64,000 nucleotides of DNA from NCBI RefSeq assembly GCF_009914755.1, contig NC_060933.1; one strand, written 5' to 3'. This document shows, piece by piece, positions 45,060 to 60,319 of this stretch (position 1 is the stretch's first letter; every line of letters begins with the position of its first letter). Both the position numbers and the translations under genes were made by a program. The notes beneath the pieces were generated by a model. It did not search any database, was not told where the DNA came from, and saw only the letters and a program-made list of their open reading frames with translations. This DNA comes from the human T2T-CHM13v2.0 reference genome, Homo sapiens.

Positions 45060-45665
45060 CATAAGCATTTTTGTCTGTCATCCCTTCTTTTGGGGAGGAA
45101 TCCTCCTAACTTCATATGGCTGACATGGGGCTGTCTTTACCCCTAACCTGAGCTCTAGGTGTGGCAGGTGACCCAGGCCTAGCCATACTCTGTTCCATCC
45201 ACTTGGCCACGGTGATGGTTTCAGGAATAACATGTGACCTGAGCGAGGCTACTCAAAGACTCCATAGGGGTTTTTGAAGCTCCCTGTTCCTCTGAGACAC
45301 GGAGATCTAGGATCACATGAGTCTAGAGCTGCCCAGAGCCATCCTGGAGAGTCATGGAGAGAGGAGTGTCCCTGAGGATGAGGACAACACTGACAAACAG
45401 AGGCAAGGGGTGGAGAAAAAAGGCAAGCCCTGGAGCTACCCAGAGCCATCCTGGGGAGTCATGGAGAGAGGAATATCCCTGAGGACAAGGACAACACTGA
45501 GAAACAGAGGGAAGGGGTGGAAAAAAGGCAAGCCCTGATGGCACACTTGGAGTTTGAGTCCAAGAGTATCAGAAGCTAGATCTATCCTGGATTATCAACA
45601 GAGCAGTTTGTTGTTTTCCTTAAGCAAAATTGAGTTGAATTTCTGTCACTTACAACTGAAGAATA
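45060..45665 (+). mobile_element. MLT1-like (MaLR) LTR remnant with internal 107-bp tandem duplication
   Basis: gtgacccaggcc...ggccacggtgatggtttcagg...atgtgacc and 3' ttctgtcacttacaactgaagaa; boundaries are approximate. Confidence 0.55.
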
Positions 45666-46545
45666 GAGAGATGAGGCCACAACTTATGAAAACCTACTGA
45701 TTATAATCAGAGAAATGAACATTTGCAGGAGCAGAGGCCACACAAAGAGAAAAGCTTTTCTTCCAAATTATTACTTGTTTACGTTTTAGAAGCAGAGTCC
45801 CCCACATTTTATTGAGGAAGATAGTTTTCTTTCTTCTTTTTTTTTTTTTTTTTTTATGCCAGTTATGACTAGCAGCTAGCCCCGTAGTGGCTGACAATTA
45901 AGTTACCGAGATACCAAAAGAACTGGGGCTCCTACCAGCTGGACTCCTACGAGCCCAGAACAAGGGAATAGCAGGAGTAACTGGAAGGCTGACCATGGAA
46001 GACTTTAGGATCACTCATTAGGCTGCACCAGCCTAAGAAGCTTCCATCAAACAAAGGTTGATATTATCATATGCAAAGAATCAAAACTTAAAAGTGTAAC
46101 AATACTTAAAGAGAAAGTAAAATTTTATGTCTATAGAACAATATTGGCTTTTCTACATATGATCAAAATAATCTTAATTGATGTTCACCAATTCTTTAGC
46201 TGGTAGTAAGATAAGAATTGGTGATACCCATTTAACAGATGAGAAAGCTGAAGCTCAAAAAGCTTCAAAAATATTCCCAATATCATACATAGTTATTTGA
46301 TGCTGGAGCAGGAACTGGAACCCAAGTTTTCTAAGCTTTATTCTAGTACATTTACATGCGTCATTTGTTCTCATTTGAGGTTGGGCATCATATCTGATAA
46401 GAACATACAAGGAAATTTCTTATTTCACATAACATTATCTTTTAATCATTTTTCATTCCCTTACTGTAATCTAAGGAGAAAATATGAAATACCAAATTTG
46501 CATAGCTGATGAAAATATTTTTCAGCCTTAGAGATTAGTAGGGTT

Positions 46546-46546
46546 T

Positions 46547-46579
<33 letters not shown>

Positions 46580-46580
46580 T
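46546..46580. repeat. (TG)n microsatellite
   Basis: Directly visible. Confidence 0.95.
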
Positions 46581-46838
46581 ATTCAAAATTTGTAAAGGGA
46601 TACTTTTTCTATATACTTATTTTCAGAAATAGTATAAGCACTCTGGTGGTATGCTTTCAAGAGACTCAATGTGGGTGTGTGAAAAAAAACCACATAAAGT
46701 AAAATCAGGCACAATGTCATATGACATACTTTATGCTATGGATAATTTCTGGTCTGGTATCTAAAAGAAAGAGGAAGTTCCAGTGTAAACCTCTAGAAGG
46801 AAAACAAAATGAACAGAAGGTAAATAATTTAAGAATGG

Positions 46839-47197
46839 TGTGTTAGTCCATTCAGGTTGCAGTAAGCAAATAACACAAACTGAGTAGCTTATAAACAACA
46901 GAAATTTATCTTTCACAGTTCTGGAAGACGGAAAGTCCAAGATCAAGATCCTGACATACTCGCTGTCTGATGAGCACCTGCCTCCTGATTCATAGGCTGC
47001 CATCTTTTTGCTGTGTCCTCACGTGACAGAAAAGGTGAGGTTCTCTCTGAGGTCTCTTTTATAAGGGCAATAATCCCACTCATGGGGGCTCTGGCCCCAT
47101 GACATGATCACCTCCCAAAGGCTCCACTTCCTAATACTATCATTTTGGGGATTTGGATTTTAACATATGAAGTTTGGGGCAACACAAACATTCAGAC
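46839..47197 (-). mobile_element. MLT1A/MST-family MaLR solo LTR
   Basis: tgtgttagtcc...cttataaacaacagaaatttat...cacagttctgga...aagtccaagatcaag...cacctcccaaagg...acaaacattcagacc. Confidence 0.85.
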
Positions 47198-50100
47198 CGG
47201 CGAGTAGGGAGAAAATAAAGCACTTCTTTGTACATGACTTCATTCTTGGGCTTCCTAGTATTCCAGTACCTGAACATGGCAGCAGAAGAGGTCTAAATGG
47301 AAGCAATTATTGTATTATCTATTGCCTCATACAGGTTTTGAGAACCACAAGCCTTCCTACCCTCCACACTGACCCGGGAAAGGTGGGGCCACTCTATGTG
47401 GTGCAGCATCCTTCTTTATGGGACAGTATAAGATGGTAAATGGAGAGGCTACCCCATTTCTGTTCGCACACAGTTCTGCTGTCATCAACAGCAGCCAAGT
47501 TCTTTTCGTGTGTAGCTGTATTCCTTCTTGATGAGATAAAACTAAGAAATGTGCTCAATTGTAGCCTTGCTGTATAGAAAGCACAAGAGGCTACCTTGTA
47601 CCTTCTCTTCCTTATTTACAGGTTAGAGTCTATTTATTAGTAAGCTGCCAGGTTGATGAGTCAAGGAATTATGAAGCTCTGGCAGTTGCTTGCCTCCAGC
47701 CCCATCCTTTCTTGAGACAAGCACAGATGAGCATTCAAACCAAGCTCAATATTGAATCACTGGCAGTGCTCGACTGTTCTGCTAACATCAGTGACAGCAG
47801 AAATTTATAGACACCGCTGCAGGGCAGCACATATAGGTGTGGAGTGCATGACCATACAAAAATATTACAGGTCCCGTATTCAGAAACTGTACCAGGAGCT
47901 ATCTACTTTAGCAACATAGCCTCAGGTACAAATTTACATGCAAGAATTCATATTCTACCAAATAAATCCCAGGCAAACAGAGTAATGCAAAAACATATTT
48001 CCTGCTGTCAAGAAAATTTCTGGCAAAATTAATCAACCATTCATCCATTCAGGCTCTTTGCATACCCTTTTGTCAAAGAGGGAATACTAAGAGATTTCTT
48101 TTCTCTTCCATGCACTCATTTCAATGAATTGAAGAATCCATCAAGCTTGAGTTGATTTATTGAACTGTCTCTTGGCTCAGCAGTACAACTACAGCAAATG
48201 AACTGGTAACTTCTCCTAAAACCAGCAGTGATTCAATTCAACAATATCTGATTTATTTAACTCTTTATAATTCCAGATTTAACTTATTTTTGCATTTCTA
48301 AGCAGAACAATTTTTTGGATAAAACCTTGCATATTTGCATGCATTATTTAGTATTCTGAAAGCAGTGATTAAAACATACAGAGCCTAAGACTTCTTCTTT
48401 TAAGAGACTTTAATAGCACATTTAAATTAGGTAGTTTTTTAAACAACGACTTATTTAAATACCTACAGCTGTGTTTTAAATGTTTCAAAGTGTTTTTTTT
48501 CTGGTGGTTAATGTTAATATTAACATTAGATGACCAATCACTTTGGTTTAGAGCACTAAAAACATACAAAATGCTTATTTTTGTATTTAATCATTCTACC
48601 AGGTAAGGAGAATCACTGTGAGGGGATATTTAAGGCGTAAACATTAGCGAGCAACCGAGCTGACTGTTTAAACACGGGTTTTTTCACTAAATCGCGTCCA
48701 CTGAGCCCCATGGAGCCCATTTATCACATAACCAACTTTGCATTTTTCTTTGTAAAGATGTACGACCTTTGCCTATTAGATTTCATTAGCAGGGCACCAT
48801 ACAAGGCTCCTTTGCACATGGCAGGATAGAAAGCTCAACATCCTCGCCTCGAGGATTTGTGGGAACAAGCTCGTCTTCAATCTTTGTCCCTGGGAGGCAC
48901 TTTTAACACCTGCCAACCATAGCACTATCATCAGAAAAACATTTAGAGATTTATCTTCGGGCTGGTAATTATAAGAGATAATTTGTTTGGAGTATGGATA
49001 AAGTTGGTCTAGCATAAACAAACTAGAGGCTCAAATTACATGATGAACATCATTAACTATTGATTTAACCACTGCAGGTCTGCAGGCTCACTGACACTCT
49101 CTGAAGATGGCGGGTTCCTAAAAAGTCATGAGAGTTGAGGGATGCATTTCAGTGTATGCTCAGAGACATCATGGCTTTCATCATCTTCCTTCTTCTTCTG
49201 AGTAACCAACTCTAGGTAACCTCTGTTTAGAAGTCTGAACATTAAGCACAAAAGAATTATTTGATACTTCTCATGTTTTAGAATTGAAATTACTTTGCTT
49301 TAGGAAGATTTTTAGAGGGATGAAGTCAAAGGTAGCATGTGTCATAGAGCACATTAACCTTTCAAAGCCCTTTGAAAGACTTTGAAATATATTATTATCT
49401 TATCACAGCCTCATAATCACCCTGTGAAGTGGGCAGAGCTGGTGTTGGAATCCAATTTTATAAGAAAACTGACACGGGGAGGGAGCTAAGAGCTTAAGGG
49501 CCTCAACCAAACTACATTACGCATGGATTACCTCGTATATTCCACTATTCTTATCCCATTTTCCACAAAGAACACCAAACTGCAGAAGTAAAACAGGATA
49601 CTAAGGAGGAAGAGAAAAATCTCATGGACAAATATATAGTAGATGTAAAAATAAATGCTAGAGTGCAGGAGTAGAATTCCTGGTTTGGATACCAGCTGTA
49701 GCCCATGCAGCTCTGTCATTAAGTAGTGATGTGGCTCGATGTGAAAAGTGACAGCCTCAAGCTCTCGGTTTAGAGCCATGCCTATAAACACAGGAAGTAC
49801 TCAATAAATGACACTATTAATAGTCTTTAATGCTATCATGAATGATGATAACAAAAAGAATGGGGTTGGCAAGCACCACTGAGCCTTTCCCAAATATAAG
49901 TCTATATAATCGCTTACCAGAAATCCCTGGAACCAGGGATATAGTTTGTTACTGAATTTTTTTTTTTTTAATTTGAGAAAGGTAAAATGGTGCTTATAAT
50001 GTATACTATGAATCAACCCAAGTGAAGCCTAGGGCAGCTCCCCTAAAGCACACAAATATATATGCATCAAAATATATAAAGAGGGATAAAGGCCATAAAT

Positions 50101-50223
50101 ATCACATCAGAGTTTGCTGTCAGAGTTTCAAAAGCCCTAGAGTTTTCGGAACTCTTTAGATTTCAAAATTGTAGATGGGGGACTACAGACCTGGATTAAT
50201 TCTCAATAAAATGTTAACTATCC

Positions 50224-50495
50224 ACCAGGCGCGGTGGCTCATGCCTGTAATCCCAGCTCTTTGGGAGGCCAAGGCAGGCAGATCACGAGGTCAGGAGTTT
50301 GAGACCAGTCTGGCCAACATAGTGAAACCCCGTCTCTAATAAAAATACAAAAAATTAGCCGGATGTGGTGGTGTACACCTGTAATCCCAGCTACTCGGGA
50401 GGGTGAGGCAGGAGAATTGGGTGAACCTGGGAGGTGGAGGTTGCAGCGAGCTGACCTGGGCGACAGTATGATACTCTGTTTCAAAAAAAAAAACA
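50224..50495 (+). mobile_element. AluS (internal deletion in right arm)
   Basis: Sense Alu; TSD aaa(t)gttaactatc. Confidence 0.9.
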
Positions 50496-50586
50496 AAGTT
50501 AACTATCAAATATCCAGTGCTCAGTGAAAAAGAGCAGGGATCATTTCTAATTATATGTGGAGGTTAATTTAGAATTAGGCATTGAA

Positions 50587-50953
<367 letters not shown>

Positions 50954-51839
50954 TTAAAATAAAATTGTATTAATATGAACTCTACTAATTAATACAAATG
51001 GTGGATTGTTTGAAATTTGCATTTGCTTTCTCAATGAAAAAACATCTATTGGTTCTCAAATAATGCAAGACAAATGTTTTCCTTGCTTAAGAATAAGAAC
51101 CCTTTATATTTAATTAAACATTTTTATAATTAAAACATAAATTTTAATATTTAATTAGAATTCCCTCTTAGCTAGTGATCGAGGTAGATAACCAAAATTC
51201 CTCTAGTTATCAGGCATCTGTTGGCTGATTGAAGTTATATGTTTCTAAAAGTTAGAAAACTAATTTTGTTTTTTAAATAATCACAAATTCACATCTCACT
51301 ATTGAGATGGTTTCTCCTAGACACTCTTACATATTGATTTCTCCTACACTTATTTAAATTAGTGATGCTTGAACCCCACATCAAATGAACTCTTTCCTAG
51401 AGATAGGGCCACATTAAGATTTCAAAGCTGATTTCTTGTCAAGATTTAAGGGTGAAGAATACACTCACAAAAATTTTAAAATAATCTATGTGTAGGAACC
51501 CAAAAATTCCATTAAGTATAATACATTTGCTAATCATATACAAATATGGCCTATAAATGCACTGTGGTGTAAGTAGTACTCATTTCCCCATCAGCTGAGT
51601 TTTTAATTTAAATACACTGACAGAATTAGTTCTCAACTATCTCAAGACAACTGTTTTTCTTTATGTGATTTTTCTCTAACCAAATTATTGTAGTTGGCAT
51701 CCCTCTTGAAGTTATCAAGATATATTTGCCATAACCCAAAGACATGTGTCATGGAATAGATGGCAACTAACAGTATCAACTGATAGATTCATGAAACAGA
51801 ATACAGAGCCCAGAAAGCATATCTAGGAATTTAATATAC

Positions 51840-52340
51840 TGTGGAGTCCTAATTAGGGAAAAGGAGTCAGGCTGGTGGGACCAGGGGAAAGCAAAGAGAT
51901 AAAGCAAATAAGCTAGGAATCAGCCTTTCTTCATGGTCCAGAACATACAAACAAAAAGAAGAAGCAGAAAAGCTATAGGTCTGCTTTTCTTTATGGGCCA
52001 GGACATATGGCCCTCCTGCGCAGGTAACTCACATACCTCACAAACTTCCTGCTTACCATCAAACGCCTCCATTTATCAAAACACCTCAGCTGACAGAAGA
52101 ATGCAAGTTAGCTCCCCCTACCTTGGTGTTATCCATCAGGCTGAGAACAATCCTATAAAATCTCCAGCAAGCCTTTGTCTCCTTGCAGTCAGCTTCCCGC
52201 AAGCTTATTTGCCTGTTGCCTCCTTGCAACACATTTTCCTACGTTCTCTACTAAATCTGCCTTTCTCTACCTACAGCTGTCTTGGTAAATTCTTGTACTC
52301 CCATGCCACTGGCCCAGATAGTCGTGGCTCACCCACAACA
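51840..52340 (+). mobile_element. ERV1 solo LTR (LTR15-like) inserted in old L1
   Basis: TG...CA termini (tgtggagtcctaattagggaaaaggagtc...cccacaaca); TSD tatac/tatat; internal TATA-like cctataaaa. Confidence 0.75.
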
Positions 52341-52750
52341 TATATGACAGGTTGGTGTTTCAAATTCACCAATCTGGCTGTTTTGACTAATAAAATGTTA
52401 ACAACATAATTGGTATACATCTGAAGAAAGAATGCTAGAATTAAATTTCAGATGAATTAGAGATCTAAACGTAAAAATGTTAAATAATAAACTATTTTAA
52501 GGGAATCAGGAGGATTACATAATCCTGTACCTGGCAGAGCTTATTAAAAACACCAAAAAATTCAAAGACTGTGAAAGAAAAGAGACATACTTGACTTTAA
52601 GAAATTAATACATTTTTAAACTATATGTTAACATATCATAAAGCCAAAAGATAAATGATGGACTAGGAAAATTATCTGCAGTACTTATGATAAACAAATA
52701 TTAATCCTTAACATACATAACTTTAAAAAAAATCAATTAGAAGAAAGTGA

Positions 52751-53072
52751 GGCTGGGCATGGTGGCTCGTGTCTGTTATCCCAACACTTTGAGATGTTGA
52801 GAAGGGAGGATTACCTGAACCCAGGAGTTCCAGACCCAGCCTGGGCAACATAGTGAGACCTTGTCTAGACAAAAAAGATCAAGAAAATTAGCTAGGTGTG
52901 GTGGCATGTGCCTGTTGTCCAAGCTACTTGGGAGGCTGAGGTAGGAGCATTACTTGAGCCCAGGAGGTCAAGGCTATAGCAAGCCAAGATTGTGCCATAG
53001 CACTCCAGCCTGGGTGATAAGGTGAAACCTATCTCAAAAAAAAAAGAAAGAAAGAAAAGAAAAAGAACAAAA
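52751..53072 (+). mobile_element. AluJ
   Basis: Diverged sense Alu. Confidence 0.9.
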
Positions 53073-53311
53073 GGCAAGCAATCCAATTGAAAAATATGCA
53101 AAAGACATAAACATGCAACTGAGAGAAGTAAAAGCAAATAGTCAATGAACATATGAAAAAAGGTTCAATCTCATGAGTAAATCAAGAAAAAACCAATTAA
53201 ACACAAATGAGATACCATTTTTACTATTATACATCTAAGATTTTAAAGGGAGAAAAAGGTCTAGAGCTGCTAAGGATACAGGAAAACCTCTCAAGTTGAT
53301 AATAGTGAGAG

Positions 53312-53686
53312 TCATATGGTTTGGCTGTGTCCCCACCCAAATCTCATCTTGAATTGTAGTTCCCATAATCCCCACATGTCGTGGGAGGGACCCAGTGGCA
53401 GTTTAATTGAATCACGAGGTCGGTTACCTCCATGCTGTTCTTGTGATAGTGAGTTCTCATGAGATCTGATGGTTTTATAAGGGGCTTCCCCCTTTGCTTG
53501 GCTCTTATTTTTCTCCTTCCTGCTGCCATGTGAAGAAGGACGTGTTTGCCTTCCCTTCTGCTATGATTATAAGTTTCTTGAGGACTTCCCAGCCATGTGG
53601 AACTGTAAGTCAATTAAACCTCTTTCCTTTATAAATTACCCAGCCTTGGGCATTTCTCTATAGCAGCATGAGAATGGACTAATACA
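53312..53686 (+). mobile_element. THE1-family MaLR solo LTR
   Basis: atatggtttggctgtgtccccacccaaatctcatcttgaattgtag...ggactaataca; perfect 5-bp TSD gagag. Confidence 0.92.
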
Positions 53687-55503
53687 GAGAGCTACAACAA
53701 AATTTTGGAAAATAATCTGACACTATTAATATTAAAAATAAGCATAGCATAAGGATCAACAATTCTATAGTTTTGAGAAGCTAGTCCATGAAATAAAGAG
53801 AATACTATGTAGAGATATACACGTGAGAATAGTTAATGTAGCATTGTTCATGGTAGCAAAAATTGGAAATAGTCTGACCGTCCCTCTATGGGGAACAGTC
53901 CCATAGAGGGACAGTCATGTCCCAACCAATCATAGCAAAGAATATCATGCTAATATTAAATGACCGTCCCTCTTGGGGGAACAGTCCCATAGAGGGACAG
54001 TCATGTCCCAACCAATCATAGCAAAGAATATCATGTTAATATTAAAAGATTGATATAAATATTGATCTTATTTGACATACTGTTAATAGGAAAAAGAAAA
54101 TTCCAGAATAATGTGTATACTATGATTCTATTGCTAACATTGATATAATTACATATTCCATACTTCCATATATTTATTTCCATAAGTATGTATATATGTC
54201 TGTATGCAGTTGTGTAAACACAGAATTTGTTAACTTTAGTTACCTTGGGGGAAGGTAGTTGAGGGTGTAAGAGTGCAGGTCAATTTACTAAATATTTCTT
54301 CATATATTTTGCATCATTTTTCTTAATAAAACAAGCTAGCATTCTTTTTGCAATTTAAAAACAGATAAAGGGAAATGAGAGAATAGTAAAACAAACTATG
54401 AGGTTGTCTTTGTTTTATATTGTAAAGAATCTGGATAATATGCTCAAGTTTGTCTAAGTGCACTAATAAACACTAGTGGTTGAGAGTTAACTGAGGCGCC
54501 TTCAGCAACTCATTTGTTAAACAGTCAGTTCCTTCTGAACGAAATGCAAGTCATTATCTACCCACACAAGAAAAAACTCTGCAGATGCGTCTCCTATGTC
54601 AAGTTCAGAGGCTGTGTTATTATAATCATTTATTCTGTTGGCAAATACTCTTGTAAGATTTAAATTAGACAAACCAAACTTTCCAAGTTCAAAGTGATAA
54701 AGGGAATTAAAGCACTAGATGAGTGACTAGGGAGAACTCCTTCCAGAAGAGAGAGTGGACACAGAAGCCTTCCACAGTAGAGAGAGGCCTCACTGGTGAT
54801 AGGCTGGAGAGCAAAGGGTCCCAGGGACTTGGGGATTAAATAGATACAGGTTTTTCTACCCCAAGGGCGGGGCTGTCTACTTCTGACTCATTTCTACACC
54901 TCTCCACAGCTGCCTCCTACCATCCCTCTAGTATACACAGCCTTACATCAAAGCAACCCACACACCCTTCCTACTCTAAACCTTGGAGGTGGGGCAGAAT
55001 ATGAACTTGCTGAGACTGTTAGTTTACAAAGGCATACCCTTCTATCACTTGCTGAGTTCCCACATGTTCCCCACACAATGGGTAATCTCTCTTTTCCCTT
55101 CCCTATCCGACTCCTACCCCTACTCTGAGCCCCTGTTTGTTTAATCGTCCTTGAGAAAGAAGCCCCGGCCCTTAAGTCTCATCCCAGGGGAGCTTGCAGC
55201 TCTCACCAGGGCTGTGCCTCACCCAGCTGCTGGACTCCATACCAGTCTATGTGGTGCCTTCTCTGCAGGTAGCAGACCAAAGGATGCTGAACACCACTCT
55301 ATGCCTCGATGAACATCTTTATTTGGCTTATTAAAGCTGGGACAGCTTCTCCTAGACAAGGTTGTTCTCTAGGAGAAGGCCCAAGGTCAAGCCCTAGACT
55401 TTCCCCACCAAGCCTTACCATGACCATACATTTATTGCTTTAACAAGCCCTGGAAAGTTACACTTTCCAGCAAAGAGGGGAGAAAACAGGAGTAGGCACC
55501 CAA

Positions 55504-56227
55504 TGAAACCACCTTTGCAAAATTATCACAGAAAATTATGACAGTGAAAGAGGTCTGATTTAACCAACCTCCACTGCCTTTGGCCTTCAAACTGCCCTTA
55601 ATTATTCCTCGGTTTAGGCCAAGCTAACTTTGGGGGACATTAAGTTTATAGTTTAAATAATAACAGCCCTTCCCTAAAATTCAGCTGCCGTTGTAAAGCT
55701 AATGAAAGGCTACCAGGCTAGGATGAGAGGAATTTGAATTCTGCTGAGGTGTAGACATAAACAATTGCCAACCCTCATGCCAGAGATCACAAGACGTACA
55801 ACTTCCCCCATCAATCCTACAGATAACATCACTATTGCAGAATCTAAGATTGGCCTTTTAGGATGTCTTTTCAGGTTTTCTGCAAGTCTGATGACTGATG
55901 ACTCCACCTGGACCTGCCAACCACTCCTGTGGCCCCACTCATAAGTGACTCAGCATGTTTGATGTCCCACACCTCTATGATTGCACCCCCAACCAATCAG
56001 TAGCAAGCACCCATTGCCTAGTACCTCCCCCTTCCCCCAAACTATCCTTGAGAAACCCTAGCTTCTGATTTTGGTAAAGGCTGATTTGAGTAACAGTAAA
56101 ACTCTGATCTCCCGTTTAGCCAGCTCTACATGTGTAAATAAAACTCTTTCTCTATTGTAGTTCCCCTGCTTTGATAAATTGGCTCTATCTGGGCAGTGGG
56201 CAAAGAAGAACCCACTGGACAGTCACA
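55504..56227 (+). mobile_element. LTR8-family ERV1 solo LTR
   Basis: tgaaaccacctttgcaaaattat...gacagtgaaagag; 3' end gggcagtgggcaagaagaaccc...gtcaca. Confidence 0.8.
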
Positions 56228-56518
56228 CTATTGCTTCTGTCTGCCCAGGACCTTTTCTCTTTTGTTAACTCATCCCTCTCTCCGACCACAAGGATGGGCA
56301 TGTGATTCAAGCTGCACTAACCATAGTATTTCACCCTCACTTCCCCTGGTGACAGGTAAAGGGAATAGCCTGTGTCCCTACAGGCATCAGTCAGTGTCCT
56401 GAGCTTGAAGAGAGAAGCCCTTTTCTCTGATGATGAGACTTTGCTATGTGCATCTAGAGCTGCTGACAGTCCCTGTGCTCAGAAGGGGAGAATAAGGCCA
56501 ACCCAGAGGGCAGCAGGA

Positions 56519-57668
<1,150 letters not shown>

Positions 57669-58118
57669 TTTTGTAATATGAGCTAGTGAAACCCTCCCAT
57701 TAAAAGAAAATTCTTTTAACGAGAATCAGTGGGTTTTCTGTCTTTAAAACCAGAGTTTTAACTTTAACTTTTGCATTTAACTACTGCAAAAGTTACTGTT
57801 TGTTGAGCCTTCAATGTGCCAGGAATTGTACTATATTCTTTAAACACATGGTCTCATTTTGATTTTATGTTCCATGATAATCCTATTCTTTCCTTAATTT
57901 TGTAAGTGAGGAGACTGAGCCTCAGAGGGGACAATGTGCCTAAGGTCACACGAGGTCAGAGTAAGAGCCTCAATTCAAACTCGGTTCTGGTGGACCCCAA
58001 AGCCTCCAGCCACTACTTCTGTAACTGAGTTGGTTCCTGTATGTGCTAGGACAACTTCTTTTAGGGAAGAAAATCAACTGGTCCTCTTAAGAAATGGATA
58101 CTTGAAGAAGTTCTTTAA

Positions 58119-58517
<399 letters not shown>

Positions 58518-59347
58518 CACTTCTCTTATACTAGGAATTCTGGTCAAAGGTCAGACATTTTCTGTCACCAAGAAGGCCTGCTTTCCCTAACAGAGTAAGA
58601 ATGAATACTGATATTTGAGGCAGTAGATAAATAAGCTTTGGGGAGAAAAGATAGTTCAAATGCAAAATCCTTTATTTTTTCAACCAAATGTTGAGGTTCT
58701 ATCATGTTTGCAAATCAAGCCAGGTTCTCAGAATACAAAGCTGAAGACAAGGTCCCTGCCTGCTAAGACCCTCAGATTGTCTGGAGGAGACTGGCCGGAA
58801 AGACAACCAGGCCAGCTAATGGGATGCAGTTATGACCAGAGGAGAGGCACCAAATTCTGAACGGGACATCTTTAGAGAAAATGTGGATTAGTAACTGCTA
58901 TGGCTGAGGGTGGAGGAAAGATTGGGGAGTGACTGTTAATGGGTTTTGGGGGTAATAAAATGTTTTAAAATTAGATTATGGAGATGGTGGCACAGGTCTA
59001 TAAATACACTAAAAACCATTGGACTGTATAATTTTAAAAGGTGAACTTTATGGCACATAAATGATATCTCCATAAAACTTGCAGAAGCAATTTGACTTGG
59101 AGCGTCAGTGGAGGCGTCTTAAATCTGGATGACTGAACTGCATTAGAAGAGGTGAGTGGGTCCAGCTTGGTGAAGAAGTAGGGAAAGGCATTTCAGGTGG
59201 ATGGAATAGTGGCATGCAACAAGGCACAGACATGGGAAAGAGCTGCAGAATGAAACACCATACATCGTAGGAGCTGCCCACGGTTCAGTACAGTGGGTGC
59301 AGGGGTATGTGCTGAGTGGAGGGAGGTGAACCTAGAATTAATACGAG

Positions 59348-60142
59348 TGAGGCGGAGCAGGGACCCCTCTTAAGGGCTTGCCACCCACTCCCGACCTCCG
59401 TAAGCAAGGAAATAAAGGAAAATCTTGAGTTCCTTCAAGGGACATTCTAGGCACCTAGGTAGCCCTGAGAAGAAAATGAGCAACCTAATAGTCAGAAGGT
59501 AATAATGGCTTAAAACAACAGCCAAAGAAGTTAGGATTACAAGACGTCGGTTCCATGTAGAAACTAAAGATTACACTGTAACATATACCACTGAGTTGTT
59601 TTTCAGAAATCTGGCCTCCCACCAAGTGGAAAATGCCATCAGCTGGTACAAAGACCTCAGATAAGGGCAAAACTGAGGGCTGAACTCTGACTGCAGTTCT
59701 TTGTTCTAAATTTCTTCCTAAGGGTCCTGGAGAAAGTCAGTCCCAAAGTGCAGACGTTAACATTCCTTTCTTCTCACCCCCAAGTTTTCAGACAAAGCCC
59801 TGCTTCCTTAACCAACTGCAAATCAGAGAATCTTTGAATCCATCTATGACCTGTAAGCCCCTCACTTCAAGGTATTCTGTCTTTTTCAGCCAAACCAGTG
59901 TATAACCTCCATGTACTGATTTGTAGTTTTGCCTGTAACTTCTGATTTTCTGAAATTTACTCCTTCCTTTAAAAACCCTTGCGTGTAACCGTTAGAGAGG
60001 TGAGGTCTTAAGTGTGAGCTTCCCAGCTGTCCTTGCTTGGCACCCTGCAAATAAATGCCCTCCTTTCTCTTGCTGCAAAACCTCAATGTAGATGTTTGAC
60101 TTTACTGCGTCAGGTGAGCAGACCCCAGTTTGGTTTGTAACA
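59348..60142 (+). mobile_element. ERV1 solo LTR (MER39/MER34 group)
   Basis: TG...CA termini (tgaggcggagcaggg...gtttgtaaca); 4-bp TSD cgag/caag; aataaa near the 3' end. Confidence 0.7.
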
Positions 60143-60319
60143 CAAGGATCAGAAGTCAGTACCCTCATTTGCCAAGCAGGAAAGTACCACTTTAACTGGA
60201 AATGTATGGAGAGCCACAGAAGGATTTTAAGAAGGGAACAGGGCATGACAGATTTGCGTTTCAGTGTGAAAGGGCAGACTGGAAATGATTTAGATTCAAG
60301 ATCAGAATCGCTTTCTGAT

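Larger units (their letters stand above)
51740..54350 (+). mobile_element. Old L1M ORF2 3'/3'UTR remnant fragmented by LTR, Alu and THE1 insertions
   Basis: L1 motifs acagaatacagagcccagaaa, agatctaaacgtaaaa, caatgagataccattt, gcattgttcatggtagcaaaa. Confidence 0.7.
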
